A stretch of DNA of 64,000 nt, taken from the IMG/VR virus record IMGVR_UViG_3300021135_000003; one strand, 5' to 3'. The stretch comes from a virus. Below, piece by piece: positions 35,479 through 44,170 of this stretch (within the stretch, counting starts at the first letter, position 1; each line of letters starts with the position of its first letter). The translations under genes and the position numbers were made by a program. The notes beneath the pieces were generated by a model. That model made no database searches. It saw only the letters and a list, made by a program, of their open reading frames with translations, and was not told the origin of the DNA.

Positions 35479-36320
35479 TGTATGATTTTGAGATAACACG
35501 TGTCGGTATACCAATTCGTAATACAGACATAACACAAAGTTTTTTAGAAGTTGTTAATAAATTAAAAACAAGCAATGATTGTATTGCGTTAATGACAGCC
35601 GACTATCTTGGAATAGATCATTCTTCTAATCCTGAATATTTAAGTGCTCCTTCAGGACATGAAATACTTTTTAAAGAGTTTGAATTTAATGTATATGATG
35701 GAAATTTAAAATATGGTGTGATGAATACGTTTGGTAGAATATGGAATATTAATGATGGAATTCAGAGGGATGGTCCGACAATAATTTCATATTTGTTTAA
35801 TTTTCTTCAGCAAGAATATAAAAAACTTAAATTTAAACATGTCTATATGTTTACTCCTGGTAGTCCATATGTGTACGATATGTTTACTGAATTTATAAAA
35901 AGAAAACGTGCTTTAAATATTATTGATGCAAGATCTTCTATTCACATATCAACTACTTTAATGTCTGAGTATTTAAATGTAGGAAGATTTAATATCCGAG
36001 AATATATACCAGATTTTATAGAGGAAAAAGATCCATCATTAAAACCTGGATTAAATGTTTTTGGTGGAATTTCTAATAACTATAATCATAATTCTGGTAT
36101 GCCAATGATAGAACATTTTTTTAAATCTCTAAAATCTTTATTAGACATTAATGATTTGTTTTTATATTCAAATATTGGTAAAGATGATGTATTTTTGAAA
36201 GCAGTAACATTTGAAGAGGCACTAAATAATGTTGAGTATTTTTCTAATCCAGATATGATCTTAACGTATGGAGTGTTCAAAAATGATAACAGCAGAACAG
36301 TTTGCTCAGATATTTCCTAG
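35478..36320 (+). CDS. Hypothetical protein
   Basis: 280-aa ORF, TAATG-coupled; no motif recognised. Confidence 0.6.
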   Translation: MYDFEITRVGIPIRNTDITQSFLEVVNKLKTSNDCIALMTADYLGIDHSSNPEYLSAPSGHEILFKEFEFNVYDGNLKYGVMNTFGRIWNINDGIQRDGPTIISYLFNFLQQEYKKLKFKHVYMFTPGSPYVYDMFTEFIKRKRALNIIDARSSIHISTTLMSEYLNVGRFNIREYIPDFIEEKDPSLKPGLNVFGGISNNYNHNSGMPMIEHFFKSLKSLLDINDLFLYSNIGKDDVFLKAVTFEEALNNVEYFSNPDMILTYGVFKNDNSRTVCSDIS

Positions 36321-36894
36321 AAATACAGACCCACAAGGTTGGGTTGCTTCTATGAATAAAACTTTTCCTAATTATGGTATTGATCAACCCCATCGTATTG
36401 CAGCATTTCTTGCTCAATGTGGTCATGAGTCAGGTGGATGGGCTATCTTTGAAGAAAATTTAAATTACTCAGCGCAAGGTTTAATGGGTATTTTTGGTTC
36501 GCATTTCCATGGAGATGCTGATCAATATGCTCGTCAACCAGAAAAGATTGCCAATAGAATCTATGCTAACCGAATGGGCAATGGCGATGAAGCATCTGGT
36601 GATGGTTGGAAATATCGTGGACGTGGTCCAATTCAGTTAACTGGTAAAGCCAATTATACTAAGTTTGCGCAAGATATGTTTGATGACTGGCAAAATTTAC
36701 TTGATAACCCAGACTGGGTAACGTATGATAAAGATTTCGCTTTAATGTCTGCGATTTGGTTCTGGAATGCACATAATCTTAATCACTATGCTGATATTGG
36801 TGATATTAAAACTATGACTAAGATTATCAATGGTGGTTATCTTGGTCTTGATGAACGACAACAATTATATAATCAGATTATTCAATACGTTTAA
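36283..36894 (+). CDS. GH19 chitinase-like endolysin
   Basis: AAFLAQCGHESG, EENLNYS, YRGRGPIQLTGK.NY, INGG..GL.ER. Confidence 0.9.
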   Translation: MITAEQFAQIFPRNTDPQGWVASMNKTFPNYGIDQPHRIAAFLAQCGHESGGWAIFEENLNYSAQGLMGIFGSHFHGDADQYARQPEKIANRIYANRMGNGDEASGDGWKYRGRGPIQLTGKANYTKFAQDMFDDWQNLLDNPDWVTYDKDFALMSAIWFWNAHNLNHYADIGDIKTMTKIINGGYLGLDERQQLYNQIIQYV

Positions 36895-37547
36895 TGAAAA
36901 CATTTATACATCATGATATCGCTAAACTTGAACGTGATACATCCCCCGATGGCACAAGAGTATATAAAACGCCATCGGGTAAATCCTATCCCTCCGTTAC
37001 GACAGTTACAGGACTGCACTCAGCAAAAGGGATCGCAGAATGGAGAAAACGAGTTGGCGAAGCAGAAGCAAATAAAATCTCTGGAAGAGCCTCAGCAAGA
37101 GGAACGAGGATTCACCAGTATTGTGAAGACTATTTACGAGGAAACCTATTCGAAGCAGATATGTTCGACCTCCAAATGTTCAACTCTATCAAACCCCTCC
37201 TTGACCAAGTTGACAACATCCACTGCTTGGAAACTCCATTATGGTCTGACCATTTACAAGTCGCTGGCACAGTTGACTGCATCGCAGAGTTCCAAGGTAA
37301 ACTTAGTGTTATAGATTTTAAAACATCAAGCAAACCAAAAGATAGAGATGACATTCATAACTACTTTATGCAAACTGCAGCATATGCAGTAGCTTTTGAA
37401 GAAAGAACAGGAATTCCTATCGGAAGACTTGTTATTATTATGGCAGTTGATAATGATGATCCAAGATGGTTTATAGAAAAAAGAGACAATTGGATTGGTG
37501 GGTTTAGAAAGTTAAGATTAGATTACAAAAATTTAAAAAATATTTGA
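36894..37547 (+). CDS. PD-(D/E)xK (Cas4-like) exonuclease
   Basis: YPSVTTV, RGT.IH, AGTVDC, IDFKTS, Q.AAYA. Confidence 0.85.
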   Translation: MKTFIHHDIAKLERDTSPDGTRVYKTPSGKSYPSVTTVTGLHSAKGIAEWRKRVGEAEANKISGRASARGTRIHQYCEDYLRGNLFEADMFDLQMFNSIKPLLDQVDNIHCLETPLWSDHLQVAGTVDCIAEFQGKLSVIDFKTSSKPKDRDDIHNYFMQTAAYAVAFEERTGIPIGRLVIIMAVDNDDPRWFIEKRDNWIGGFRKLRLDYKNLKNI

Positions 37548-37554
37548 GGATAAA

Positions 37555-37788
37555 ATGATTTTGTTTAAAACTAAATTTTATGAAAAAACAATGCGCTCAT
37601 TGGGTAAAGTTGTTACATGGCGTATTCTTGTTACGATTACTAATTTTATTGGTGGTTACTTAGCATCAGGATCTTGGATGGTTGGTTTGGGTGTAGTTTC
37701 TTTTGCGCTCGTAGTTAACTCAATTCTATATTTCTTTCATGAACGTGCATGGAATGTAATTGATGTTGGTAAAGAAGTTAAAGAATAA
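37555..37788 (+). CDS. DUF2061 membrane protein
   Basis: RSLGKVVTWR...YFFHERAW. Confidence 0.75.
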   Translation: MILFKTKFYEKTMRSLGKVVTWRILVTITNFIGGYLASGSWMVGLGVVSFALVVNSILYFFHERAWNVIDVGKEVKE

Positions 37789-37789
37789 T

Positions 37790-37818
37790 TTGACATTTTA
37801 AACTATATAATGTATAAT
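37790..37818 (+). promoter_or_regulatory. Consensus sigma70 promoter of tmRNA
   Basis: TTGACA-17-TATAAT. Confidence 0.85.
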
Positions 37819-37824
37819 AGTGAT

Positions 37825-38142
37825 ATGGTTGTATGAAGCAACTAGAAAAGTGTTCTGGACGGGAGTTCGATTCTCCCCACCTCCACCAAAAGTATATTGA
37901 CGAACCGAGTTATCGGTAGCAAACATAGAAACTGTGGCAATATACTTCTGATGGGGGTGACTAGGTTTCGACAGGGCAACAAGTACAGAAGTGGACAACT
38001 TGGCAATGTGAAAGCCATTAGGATTGGGGAAACTCGGTCGAAGAAGCAAAAAACGTAAACGCAAACGACGAACTGTTCGCATTAGCAGCCTAAACACTGC
38101 TTAGGGTTTCGGTAACTTTCCTCGTAACAGAATAAGTTACCA
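37825..38142 (+). ncRNA. ssrA: Two-piece (circularly permuted) tmRNA
   Basis: T-arm plus CACCTCCACCA (ends 37888) precedes GGGGGTG...TTCGAC (37953); G3.U70; tag ANDELFALAA* at 38061-38093. Confidence 0.92.
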
Positions 38143-38170
38143 TTTTTAAATTTAAAAAGGAAGTTAATTT

Positions 38171-38626
38171 ATGAAACATTTAGTTCTAGTTGCTGCTTTA
38201 ATGGCAGCATTTTCTGCCCAAGCATTTGAGGTTGGTGTTACTGGGAGTTATGATAACGCAAAACATGATCAAACAGGTTATGGCGTAACTGTTGGTGAAC
38301 ATTTTGGTAAATTTAGCGCAACTGCTGGATTTGATCGTTATAGCAAAGATAGTTTAAACAAATATAGTATCATTGGTGGTTATGATGTTGCTCAAATTGG
38401 CTCTGCAACTTTAACTGCTAAAATTGGTGCAGTATACCTTGATCAAGAAAATTCAAAATATTATTCCGATCGTTCTGGCTATGCTGGCGTAGTTGGTGCT
38501 GGTGTATCAATCCCAGTAACAAAATCTGTTGCTGCTACTGTTGATTATCGTTATCAGGCTGGACAATCTCGTGTTGATAACTTAAATGGATCAACTGTAT
38601 TGGTTGGCGCAAAGTACGCATTTTAA
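38171..38626 (+). CDS. Outer-membrane beta-barrel protein (OmpA/OmpX-like)
   Basis: Signal peptide, alternating beta strands, C-terminal GAKYAF. Confidence 0.8.
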   Translation: MKHLVLVAALMAAFSAQAFEVGVTGSYDNAKHDQTGYGVTVGEHFGKFSATAGFDRYSKDSLNKYSIIGGYDVAQIGSATLTAKIGAVYLDQENSKYYSDRSGYAGVVGAGVSIPVTKSVAATVDYRYQAGQSRVDNLNGSTVLVGAKYAF

Positions 38627-38627
38627 T

Positions 38628-38894
38628 ATGGAAATTAAACCACTGAGAAAAATGGTTTTGGTCGCTGAAAATGCAGTTGACCAAACCACTGAATCTGGAA
38701 TTATTTTAGATGGAACAACATCTAATCGTAATTCAAAAACAGGTACAGTATTAGCAATAGGTTCTGAAGTTACCGCAGTTAATGTTGGTGACAAAATTTA
38801 TTTGGAATGGAATAAAGGTCAAGTCGTTAAGATTGATGATGCTCAACGTGTAATGATTAAAGAAGAATTTATTGTTGCAGTGGTTGATGCATGA
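38628..38894 (+). CDS. groES: GroES-like co-chaperonin
   Basis: IKPL..VLV, TESGIIL, GTVLAIG, VNVGDKI. Confidence 0.85.
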   Translation: MEIKPLRKMVLVAENAVDQTTESGIILDGTTSNRNSKTGTVLAIGSEVTAVNVGDKIYLEWNKGQVVKIDDAQRVMIKEEFIVAVVDA

Positions 38895-39409
38895 AAGCTG
38901 CAGTAGTTTGCAATGGTCCAAGTAGATTTGCTTTTCAAGAAAATTTAGGGTATAATTATATTATCGGTTGTAATATACCTTGGACTAAAGTAAATGCAAC
39001 AGTTATACTTGATGGCAACGTAATACATCGCTGGGCAGGGGATCCTAATCTGATTTCTTGTCCAGCCTTTTTTACAACCAAAGCATGGCGAACGACTGAT
39101 GAAGTTAAGTTTAGAGAATATATACTAAACAATAATTTGTTTATTGATATGATGCCAGATGCTCCTGAATTCTTTTCAGCTGGTCATGTCGCTGCGCAAA
39201 TTATGTGTGAAAATGATTTCACAGAACTTGATATATTTGGGGTTGACTCAATGTTTAAGGATACTGTTGAAAGTTTTACTAATACATTAGTTTATGATCA
39301 TAATCCTGATTCAGAACTTCAGCGTATAGTAAATTGGAGGTTGAACTGGGATAAACTCCAAAACGATTATCCCGAAGTTACTTTTAATTTTATAAAGGAT
39401 ATAACATGA
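38891..39409 (+). CDS. Hypothetical protein (GT29/Maf-like Rossmann fold)
   Basis: VVCNGPSR, IIGCN, SAGH.A, IFGVD. Confidence 0.5.
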   Translation: MKAAVVCNGPSRFAFQENLGYNYIIGCNIPWTKVNATVILDGNVIHRWAGDPNLISCPAFFTTKAWRTTDEVKFREYILNNNLFIDMMPDAPEFFSAGHVAAQIMCENDFTELDIFGVDSMFKDTVESFTNTLVYDHNPDSELQRIVNWRLNWDKLQNDYPEVTFNFIKDIT

Positions 39410-39585
39410 AAAAAGAATTATTGTTAGCAGCATTAATGGCTAATTTGGCCATTAATGCAATCGCAGCAGATGCACCAAAGAAAGAAACAAAAGCAAAAAC
39501 TACTATTGCTAAAAAAGCGGAAACTCCAAAGGCTCCACCCTCTGGTACAAAACCTACTCCAAAGAAAAAAGTAGAAGCGAAGTAA
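39406..39585 (+). CDS. Small secreted Lys/Pro/Ala-rich protein (not in ORF track)
   Basis: AAGGA RBS; signal peptide MKKELLLAALMANLAINAIA. Confidence 0.65.
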   Translation: MKKELLLAALMANLAINAIAADAPKKETKAKTTIAKKAETPKAPPSGTKPTPKKKVEAK

Positions 39586-39664
39586 TCCTAAATAATTATA
39601 CACGTGGGTTGGTGGAACCCAATAAAACCACCATTACACAAACACAACACAAAGGAGTATTATT

Positions 39665-39940
39665 ATGTCAAATATGACACCATTCGAAATCCGTCTTGAA
39701 CTATTAAAAATGGCAAAAGACATGTTAAATGATGATTATTATGGTAAACGTGAAGTAATTAGCAATAGCTGGCATGCTAAGTTAGAAATTGCTAAAATTA
39801 ATGGTGGAGAGTTACCTGAACATCCAGGATTCCCAGCTTATCCATCCGAAGCAGAAATCATTGCCAAGGCTCAGACCCTAAATGGTTTTGTTTCAAACAT
39901 CCCACTAGATACTACAAAGACTAGCAAAAAGTCCACCTGA
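39665..39940 (+). CDS. Conserved T4-like hypothetical protein
   Basis: TPFEIRLELLKMAKD..YPSEAEIIAKA..LNGFVS; AAGGAG RBS. Confidence 0.75.
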   Translation: MSNMTPFEIRLELLKMAKDMLNDDYYGKREVISNSWHAKLEIAKINGGELPEHPGFPAYPSEAEIIAKAQTLNGFVSNIPLDTTKTSKKST

Positions 39941-39948
39941 TAGGGATT

Positions 39949-39978
39949 GAGAGAGAGCATTTTGCTCTCTTTCTCTTT
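39949..39978 (+). terminator. Probable terminator
   Basis: AGAGAGC-ATTTT-GCTCTCT then a pyrimidine tract. Confidence 0.55.
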
Positions 39979-39992
39979 TACAAGGAGATCAT

Positions 39993-40595
39993 ATGCGTAT
40001 ATACCGTATATACATACCAATAATATTATTATTCTTAAGCGTTATATTATTAACAAAAAATATGTTTTCTGATGCGATGTTGCTTGATGTAAGTTATAAC
40101 CAATTAACTAAAGAAACTCAACAACAAATCGATTGTCTTGCTGAAAATATTTACCATGAAGCTGGCTATGAATCCAGAGAAGGTAAAGAAGCAGTTGCGC
40201 TTGTTACACTTAATAGGACACAGGATCCTAGATTCCCAAAAGATATATGTGGGGTTGTTAAACAGAAAACAACTTCAGTTTGTCAGTTTTCTTGGTTTTG
40301 TCAAAATACTTCTATAAAAAATAAAGATGTATATGAAGACGCAAAAGAAGTAGCAGTTTATGTCTATGCTAATTATGAAAATTTAAAAGACATTACAAAA
40401 GGTGCATTATACTATCATGCAGATTATGTAAATCCAAAATGGAAACTCGAAAAGACTACTGTAATAGGTAGACATATTTTTTATAAAGAAAGTGGAAAAT
40501 ACTATGATGACAAAAATGAATCTGCAACTCAAGGAAGAACAATCAAAACATTCCTTTCTTCTTCTGATGGAGGAGATTACTCTAACCAGCGTTAA
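39993..40595 (+). CDS. SleB-like cell-wall hydrolase (Hydrolase_2)
   Basis: CLAENIYHEA, VTLNR, CQFSW, GALYYHADYVNP.W, IGRHIFY. Confidence 0.9.
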   Translation: MRIYRIYIPIILLFLSVILLTKNMFSDAMLLDVSYNQLTKETQQQIDCLAENIYHEAGYESREGKEAVALVTLNRTQDPRFPKDICGVVKQKTTSVCQFSWFCQNTSIKNKDVYEDAKEVAVYVYANYENLKDITKGALYYHADYVNPKWKLEKTTVIGRHIFYKESGKYYDDKNESATQGRTIKTFLSSSDGGDYSNQR

Positions 40596-41061
40596 GACTG
40601 CGGTTGAGTGGATCTTTGAAGCCAATTTTGCAGAAGAGCGTCCAGAATTACTTAATTTAATTATTACAAGTCCAGGTGGTGATTTGAATGCAGCATTTGC
40701 TTTGATCGACACTATGCGTGGTTCTGCTATTCCAATTCGAACAATTGGTCTTGGTCAGATTGCTTCAGCTGGACTTATGATTTTTATTGCTGGTGATAAG
40801 GGTCATCGTTTGTTGACACCAAATACTTCTATCTTGAGTCATCAATACTCATGGGGTGCATTTGGTAAAGAACATGAATTATTTGCCACTGTTAAAGAGT
40901 TTGACTTAACAACTAAGAAAATGATTAATCATTATAAAAAATGTACTGGTTTATCTGAAACAAAAATTAGAGAGGTATTGTTGCCACCTCAAGATATTTG
41001 GTTAAGCGCAACCGAATCAAAAAAATTAGGACTATGCGACGATGTTAAAGAACTTTCTTGA
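40504..41061 (+). CDS. clpP: ClpP-like protease subunit
   Basis: ITSPGG, GQIASAG (Ser), ILSHQ (His), DIWLSA.E...GLCD. Confidence 0.85.
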   Translation: MMTKMNLQLKEEQSKHSFLLLMEEITLTSVKTAVEWIFEANFAEERPELLNLIITSPGGDLNAAFALIDTMRGSAIPIRTIGLGQIASAGLMIFIAGDKGHRLLTPNTSILSHQYSWGAFGKEHELFATVKEFDLTTKKMINHYKKCTGLSETKIREVLLPPQDIWLSATESKKLGLCDDVKELS

Positions 41062-41230
41062 TTACGTAAGATTCTCTGGTATATGGGTAAGTTTTGCATT
41101 AAACCCATTCCACTGGAGATTATCTGGTTCATTTCATAAACCAACAGATACTGATCCTTCTATGTATGCAATTTATATTACCGTTGGTCCGCTGTCTGTT
41201 AGAACAGTATTGGATAACGGAACATGGTAA
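41042..41230 (+). CDS. Hypothetical protein
   Basis: ORF in co-directional run. Confidence 0.55.
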   Translation: MLKNFLDYVRFSGIWVSFALNPFHWRLSGSFHKPTDTDPSMYAIYITVGPLSVRTVLDNGTW

Positions 41231-41481
41231 AATTAAAGGAACTTATGATTACAAACGATAAAGTGTTTATTATATCAATTCTTCTTGCAATTCTTGCATT
41301 AATTGGTAGTTATACTTACAATAAAAATGCAGAATTAAAATCAATGGAACGAAATATTGACTCTGCAATCGCAAAGGGAATTGATCCTCTTGCAGTTCGT
41401 TGCGCCTATGGTGATTCAAGCTGGATTTGTATGCAATATGCTTCAGGACATGGTAGAGAGTCAAATATCTCTAAAAAATAG
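41224..41481 (+). CDS. Membrane-anchored hypothetical protein
   Basis: N-terminal TM; GIDPLAVRCAY. Confidence 0.6.
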   Translation: MVKLKELMITNDKVFIISILLAILALIGSYTYNKNAELKSMERNIDSAIAKGIDPLAVRCAYGDSSWICMQYASGHGRESNISKK

Positions 41482-41492
41482 TCAAAAATCGC

Positions 41493-41521
41493 TTTACTTT
41501 AATTAAAAAGTAGGGTATAAT
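41493..41521 (+). promoter_or_regulatory. Sigma70-type promoter
   Basis: TTTACT-17-TATAAT. Confidence 0.75.
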
Positions 41522-41528
41522 ATATACT

Positions 41529-41900
41529 GTGATTAACTATTTTGATGACTATATTATGCAAATGATTTTTACATCCCCTGGAAAGTCTAAAAAGAAAAAA
41601 CCCAATGCAAAACAACGTGAGTTACGAGATAGTTGGGAACAGTTGTTAAAGAAGTATACCACAAAGACTGTTGCTCCCAAAAAGCAACAACTCAGTGATG
41701 TATACTCACTTGGAAAACCTGCTTGTCGTGAGACACCTAAGATTCCGAGTCTTCCTTTTACTGGTGGTCCATGTGTTAAAAAAGAAGCTCCAGTTTATAC
41801 AGGAAGTTTGATCAAAGGTATTGGTACTATGCATAAGTCAAATGCAGTTCCAATTTTTAGCGATCAAGAAGCAAAAGATATTGCAACAATGCGTAGGTAA
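41529..41900 (+). CDS. Conserved hypothetical protein
   Basis: YTG..IKGIGTMHKSNAVPIF...DIATMRR. Confidence 0.7.
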   Translation: MINYFDDYIMQMIFTSPGKSKKKKPNAKQRELRDSWEQLLKKYTTKTVAPKKQQLSDVYSLGKPACRETPKIPSLPFTGGPCVKKEAPVYTGSLIKGIGTMHKSNAVPIFSDQEAKDIATMRR

Positions 41901-41902
41901 AC

Positions 41903-41931
41903 TTGACTTTTATGAAGAACTAAGGTATAAT
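41903..41931 (+). promoter_or_regulatory. Sigma70-type promoter (leaderless gene follows)
   Basis: TTGACT-17-TATAAT, ATG 6 nt later. Confidence 0.75.
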
Positions 41932-41937
41932 TATATA

Positions 41938-42150
41938 ATGGATTACAAAACTAAACGACAAGAACTTCTAATTCAGAAGATGAAATTAGATAAGTTCTTT
42001 ACGATGTATTTGGATAAATTTGATCGCCAGATGGATCCAGAACGAACTGATACCCCTATTTGGAAATTATATAAACAGAAATCTGCTGACTATAATAAAG
42101 TTTGCCAAGAAATTCGCAACACTGAATACTGGATTAAAAAACATGTTTAA
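41938..42150 (+). CDS. Hypothetical protein
   Basis: Leaderless ORF. Confidence 0.6.
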   Translation: MDYKTKRQELLIQKMKLDKFFTMYLDKFDRQMDPERTDTPIWKLYKQKSADYNKVCQEIRNTEYWIKKHV

Positions 42151-42358
42151 ATCTTCAAACGATTTTTCGCTCCATATTGAACAGATTGTTCGTGATAAAA
42201 AGATATCTTACATGGATGCTGTTCTTCAATATTGTAAAGAAAACTTTATTGAACCAGAAGATGTCGCAAAACTTGTAAATAAATCTCTTAAGGATAAACT
42301 TGAGGTAAATTTTCAAGATGAAAACTATTTACCTAAAAGAGCAAAACTGGACGTGTGA
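42143..42358 (+). CDS. 33: Late-transcription coactivator gp33
   Basis: FSLHIEQIV..SYMDAVLQYC..IEPEDVAKL...LKDKL; synteny with 59 and 32. Confidence 0.85.
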   Translation: MFKSSNDFSLHIEQIVRDKKISYMDAVLQYCKENFIEPEDVAKLVNKSLKDKLEVNFQDENYLPKRAKLDV

Positions 42359-42966
42359 TGGATGGCTTTAAAGCATATCGTTACTATCTCGCATTAAAGT
42401 TACACTTTACCTCTGAGAAATTTAACGTCTTCGAAAACCGAGGAAATGTTAAAGGTTCACGTGAAGCATTTAATGCTCGGAATGATAGATATATTTTTGA
42501 GAAATTAGCAAGGAAGTTTGGAAACGATCGCGATATTATTCAGTTCTTTGTTGCGAATTTTGCTTATGGTAATGAGTCTGCAATTTATGCAGGTCAAGAA
42601 GCAGATGATAATCTAGCTGAATGGAATAAAAGAAAACAGAGTATTACTAAGATTTTTATTGACGACCTTGCGTCTTTATTGACATATGTTGAGATAAATA
42701 AATTACCAACTTCTAGTATTTTTGATTTTAATTTTAATGAATACCCAGCTGCATTAAAGTTATGGCTCGGTGGTAAAATTTCAATTGAAACCCTTGTGAT
42801 TGTAAATGAACTAGATCATATTATTGAACATTGGCTTGATAATACTTCTGTCCAATATATATGGAGTAGTGAATTATTACGAATAAAGAAGTTGACTGGT
42901 TTTATTAAATATGATAAAGAAAAACTACGTAAAATATTTACACATTTTGTTGAAGAACTAGATTAA
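42355..42966 (+). CDS. 59: Helicase loader gp59
   Basis: Y..YLALKLHF, RNDRYIFEKLA, FFVANF, ISIETL. Confidence 0.88.
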   Translation: MMDGFKAYRYYLALKLHFTSEKFNVFENRGNVKGSREAFNARNDRYIFEKLARKFGNDRDIIQFFVANFAYGNESAIYAGQEADDNLAEWNKRKQSITKIFIDDLASLLTYVEINKLPTSSIFDFNFNEYPAALKLWLGGKISIETLVIVNELDHIIEHWLDNTSVQYIWSSELLRIKKLTGFIKYDKEKLRKIFTHFVEELD

Positions 42967-42967
42967 T

Positions 42968-43189
42968 ATGGGTCGCACATATCATAAATCATCAAAGAGT
43001 TTTGATGATACAGAATTTGGTGGTCGTTCGGGAAAGCATGCCAAACATTCTAACGGTAAAAAAACTGGCGGAATGAGAACGATAAATAACTATGTTGAAG
43101 AAGATTATGACATCAACGATGAAGACTTCGATGATGATGTTGAGTTAGATGATGAAATTTCAATACAACATAATACTAATACAAAGTAA
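42968..43189 (+). CDS. Hypothetical protein
   Basis: Basic N-terminus, acidic C-terminus. Confidence 0.55.
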   Translation: MGRTYHKSSKSFDDTEFGGRSGKHAKHSNGKKTGGMRTINNYVEEDYDINDEDFDDDVELDDEISIQHNTNTK

Positions 43190-43213
43190 TATTTTAATAC
43201 AAAGGAAAATACG

Positions 43214-44131
43214 ATGGATATTCAAACACTCCGTAAAATGCGCAATCAAGACTTCAGCAAAATTGCTGGTGAATTTGATAAAATTTCTAACCCACAAAGT
43301 GGCGAAAAGAAGTCTTATGACGACAATCGCTTCTGGCGTCTAGAAGGCGATAAAGCTGGTAACGGAACAGCAACTCTCCGATTCCTACCACGTGTTGAAG
43401 GCGATGAACTCCCATGGGTTCGCATGTTTAATCACGGCTTCCAAGGTCCAACTGGAAAATGGTATATCGAAAACTCCCTAACAACTCTTGGTGAAAATGA
43501 TCCAGTCGGTGAATTGAACACTATGCTTTGGAACTCAGGTTCTGATGCTAACAAAGAGATCGCTCGTAAACAAAAGCGTAAGTTGTCTTTCACTGCTAAC
43601 GTACTCGTTGTGTCTGACCCAAAGCACCCAGAGAACGAAGGTAAAGTATTCTTGTTTAAGTTTGGTAAGAAAATCTTTGATAAGATTATGGACAAGGCTC
43701 GTCCAACTTTTGAAGATGAGAAGCCAGTGAATGTATTCGATTTGTGGGAAGGTGCTAACTTTAAATTGCGCATGCGCAAGAAAGATGGTTACGCCAACTA
43801 CGATGAGTCAGTATTTTCTGAACCATGTCCTGCTGCTGATTCTGATGAGGAATTGGTTCGTATCGTTAATGCTCAGTACAAGTTGTCTGAGTTTACTGAT
43901 CGTAGCAACTTTAAGTCTTATGATGAATTAAAGAAGAAACTTGATGCAGTTCTTTCTGGTGATACTTTTGCAGGTAAGTCTGCTGCTCAAATGTCTGAGG
44001 AAGATCGTCCAGTTGCTGCGGCACCAACCTTTGCTTCTAAGGCAGCACCAGCACCAAAAGCTGTAGCTGTAGCTGAAGATGATGACGAAGATGTAATGTC
44101 TTACTTTAAGAAAATTGCTGCTGAAGAATAA
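43214..44131 (+). CDS. 32: Single-stranded DNA-binding protein gp32
   Basis: DNRFWRL..DKAGNG, HGFQGPTGKWYIENS, FKFGKKIFDKI, NYDES.F, acidic tail. Confidence 0.95.
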   Translation: MDIQTLRKMRNQDFSKIAGEFDKISNPQSGEKKSYDDNRFWRLEGDKAGNGTATLRFLPRVEGDELPWVRMFNHGFQGPTGKWYIENSLTTLGENDPVGELNTMLWNSGSDANKEIARKQKRKLSFTANVLVVSDPKHPENEGKVFLFKFGKKIFDKIMDKARPTFEDEKPVNVFDLWEGANFKLRMRKKDGYANYDESVFSEPCPAADSDEELVRIVNAQYKLSEFTDRSNFKSYDELKKKLDAVLSGDTFAGKSAAQMSEEDRPVAAAPTFASKAAPAPKAVAVAEDDDEDVMSYFKKIAAEE

Positions 44132-44145
44132 TTTAGTAGTTGTTG

Positions 44146-44170
44146 AAAAGGGCACTTCGGTGCCCTTTTT
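44146..44170. terminator. Bidirectional terminator
   Basis: AAAAGGGCAC-TTCG-GTGCCCTTTT between convergent genes. Confidence 0.9.

Noticed and set aside
37798-38097. 99-aa minus-strand ORF
   Set aside because: Antisense shadow of the tmRNA gene.
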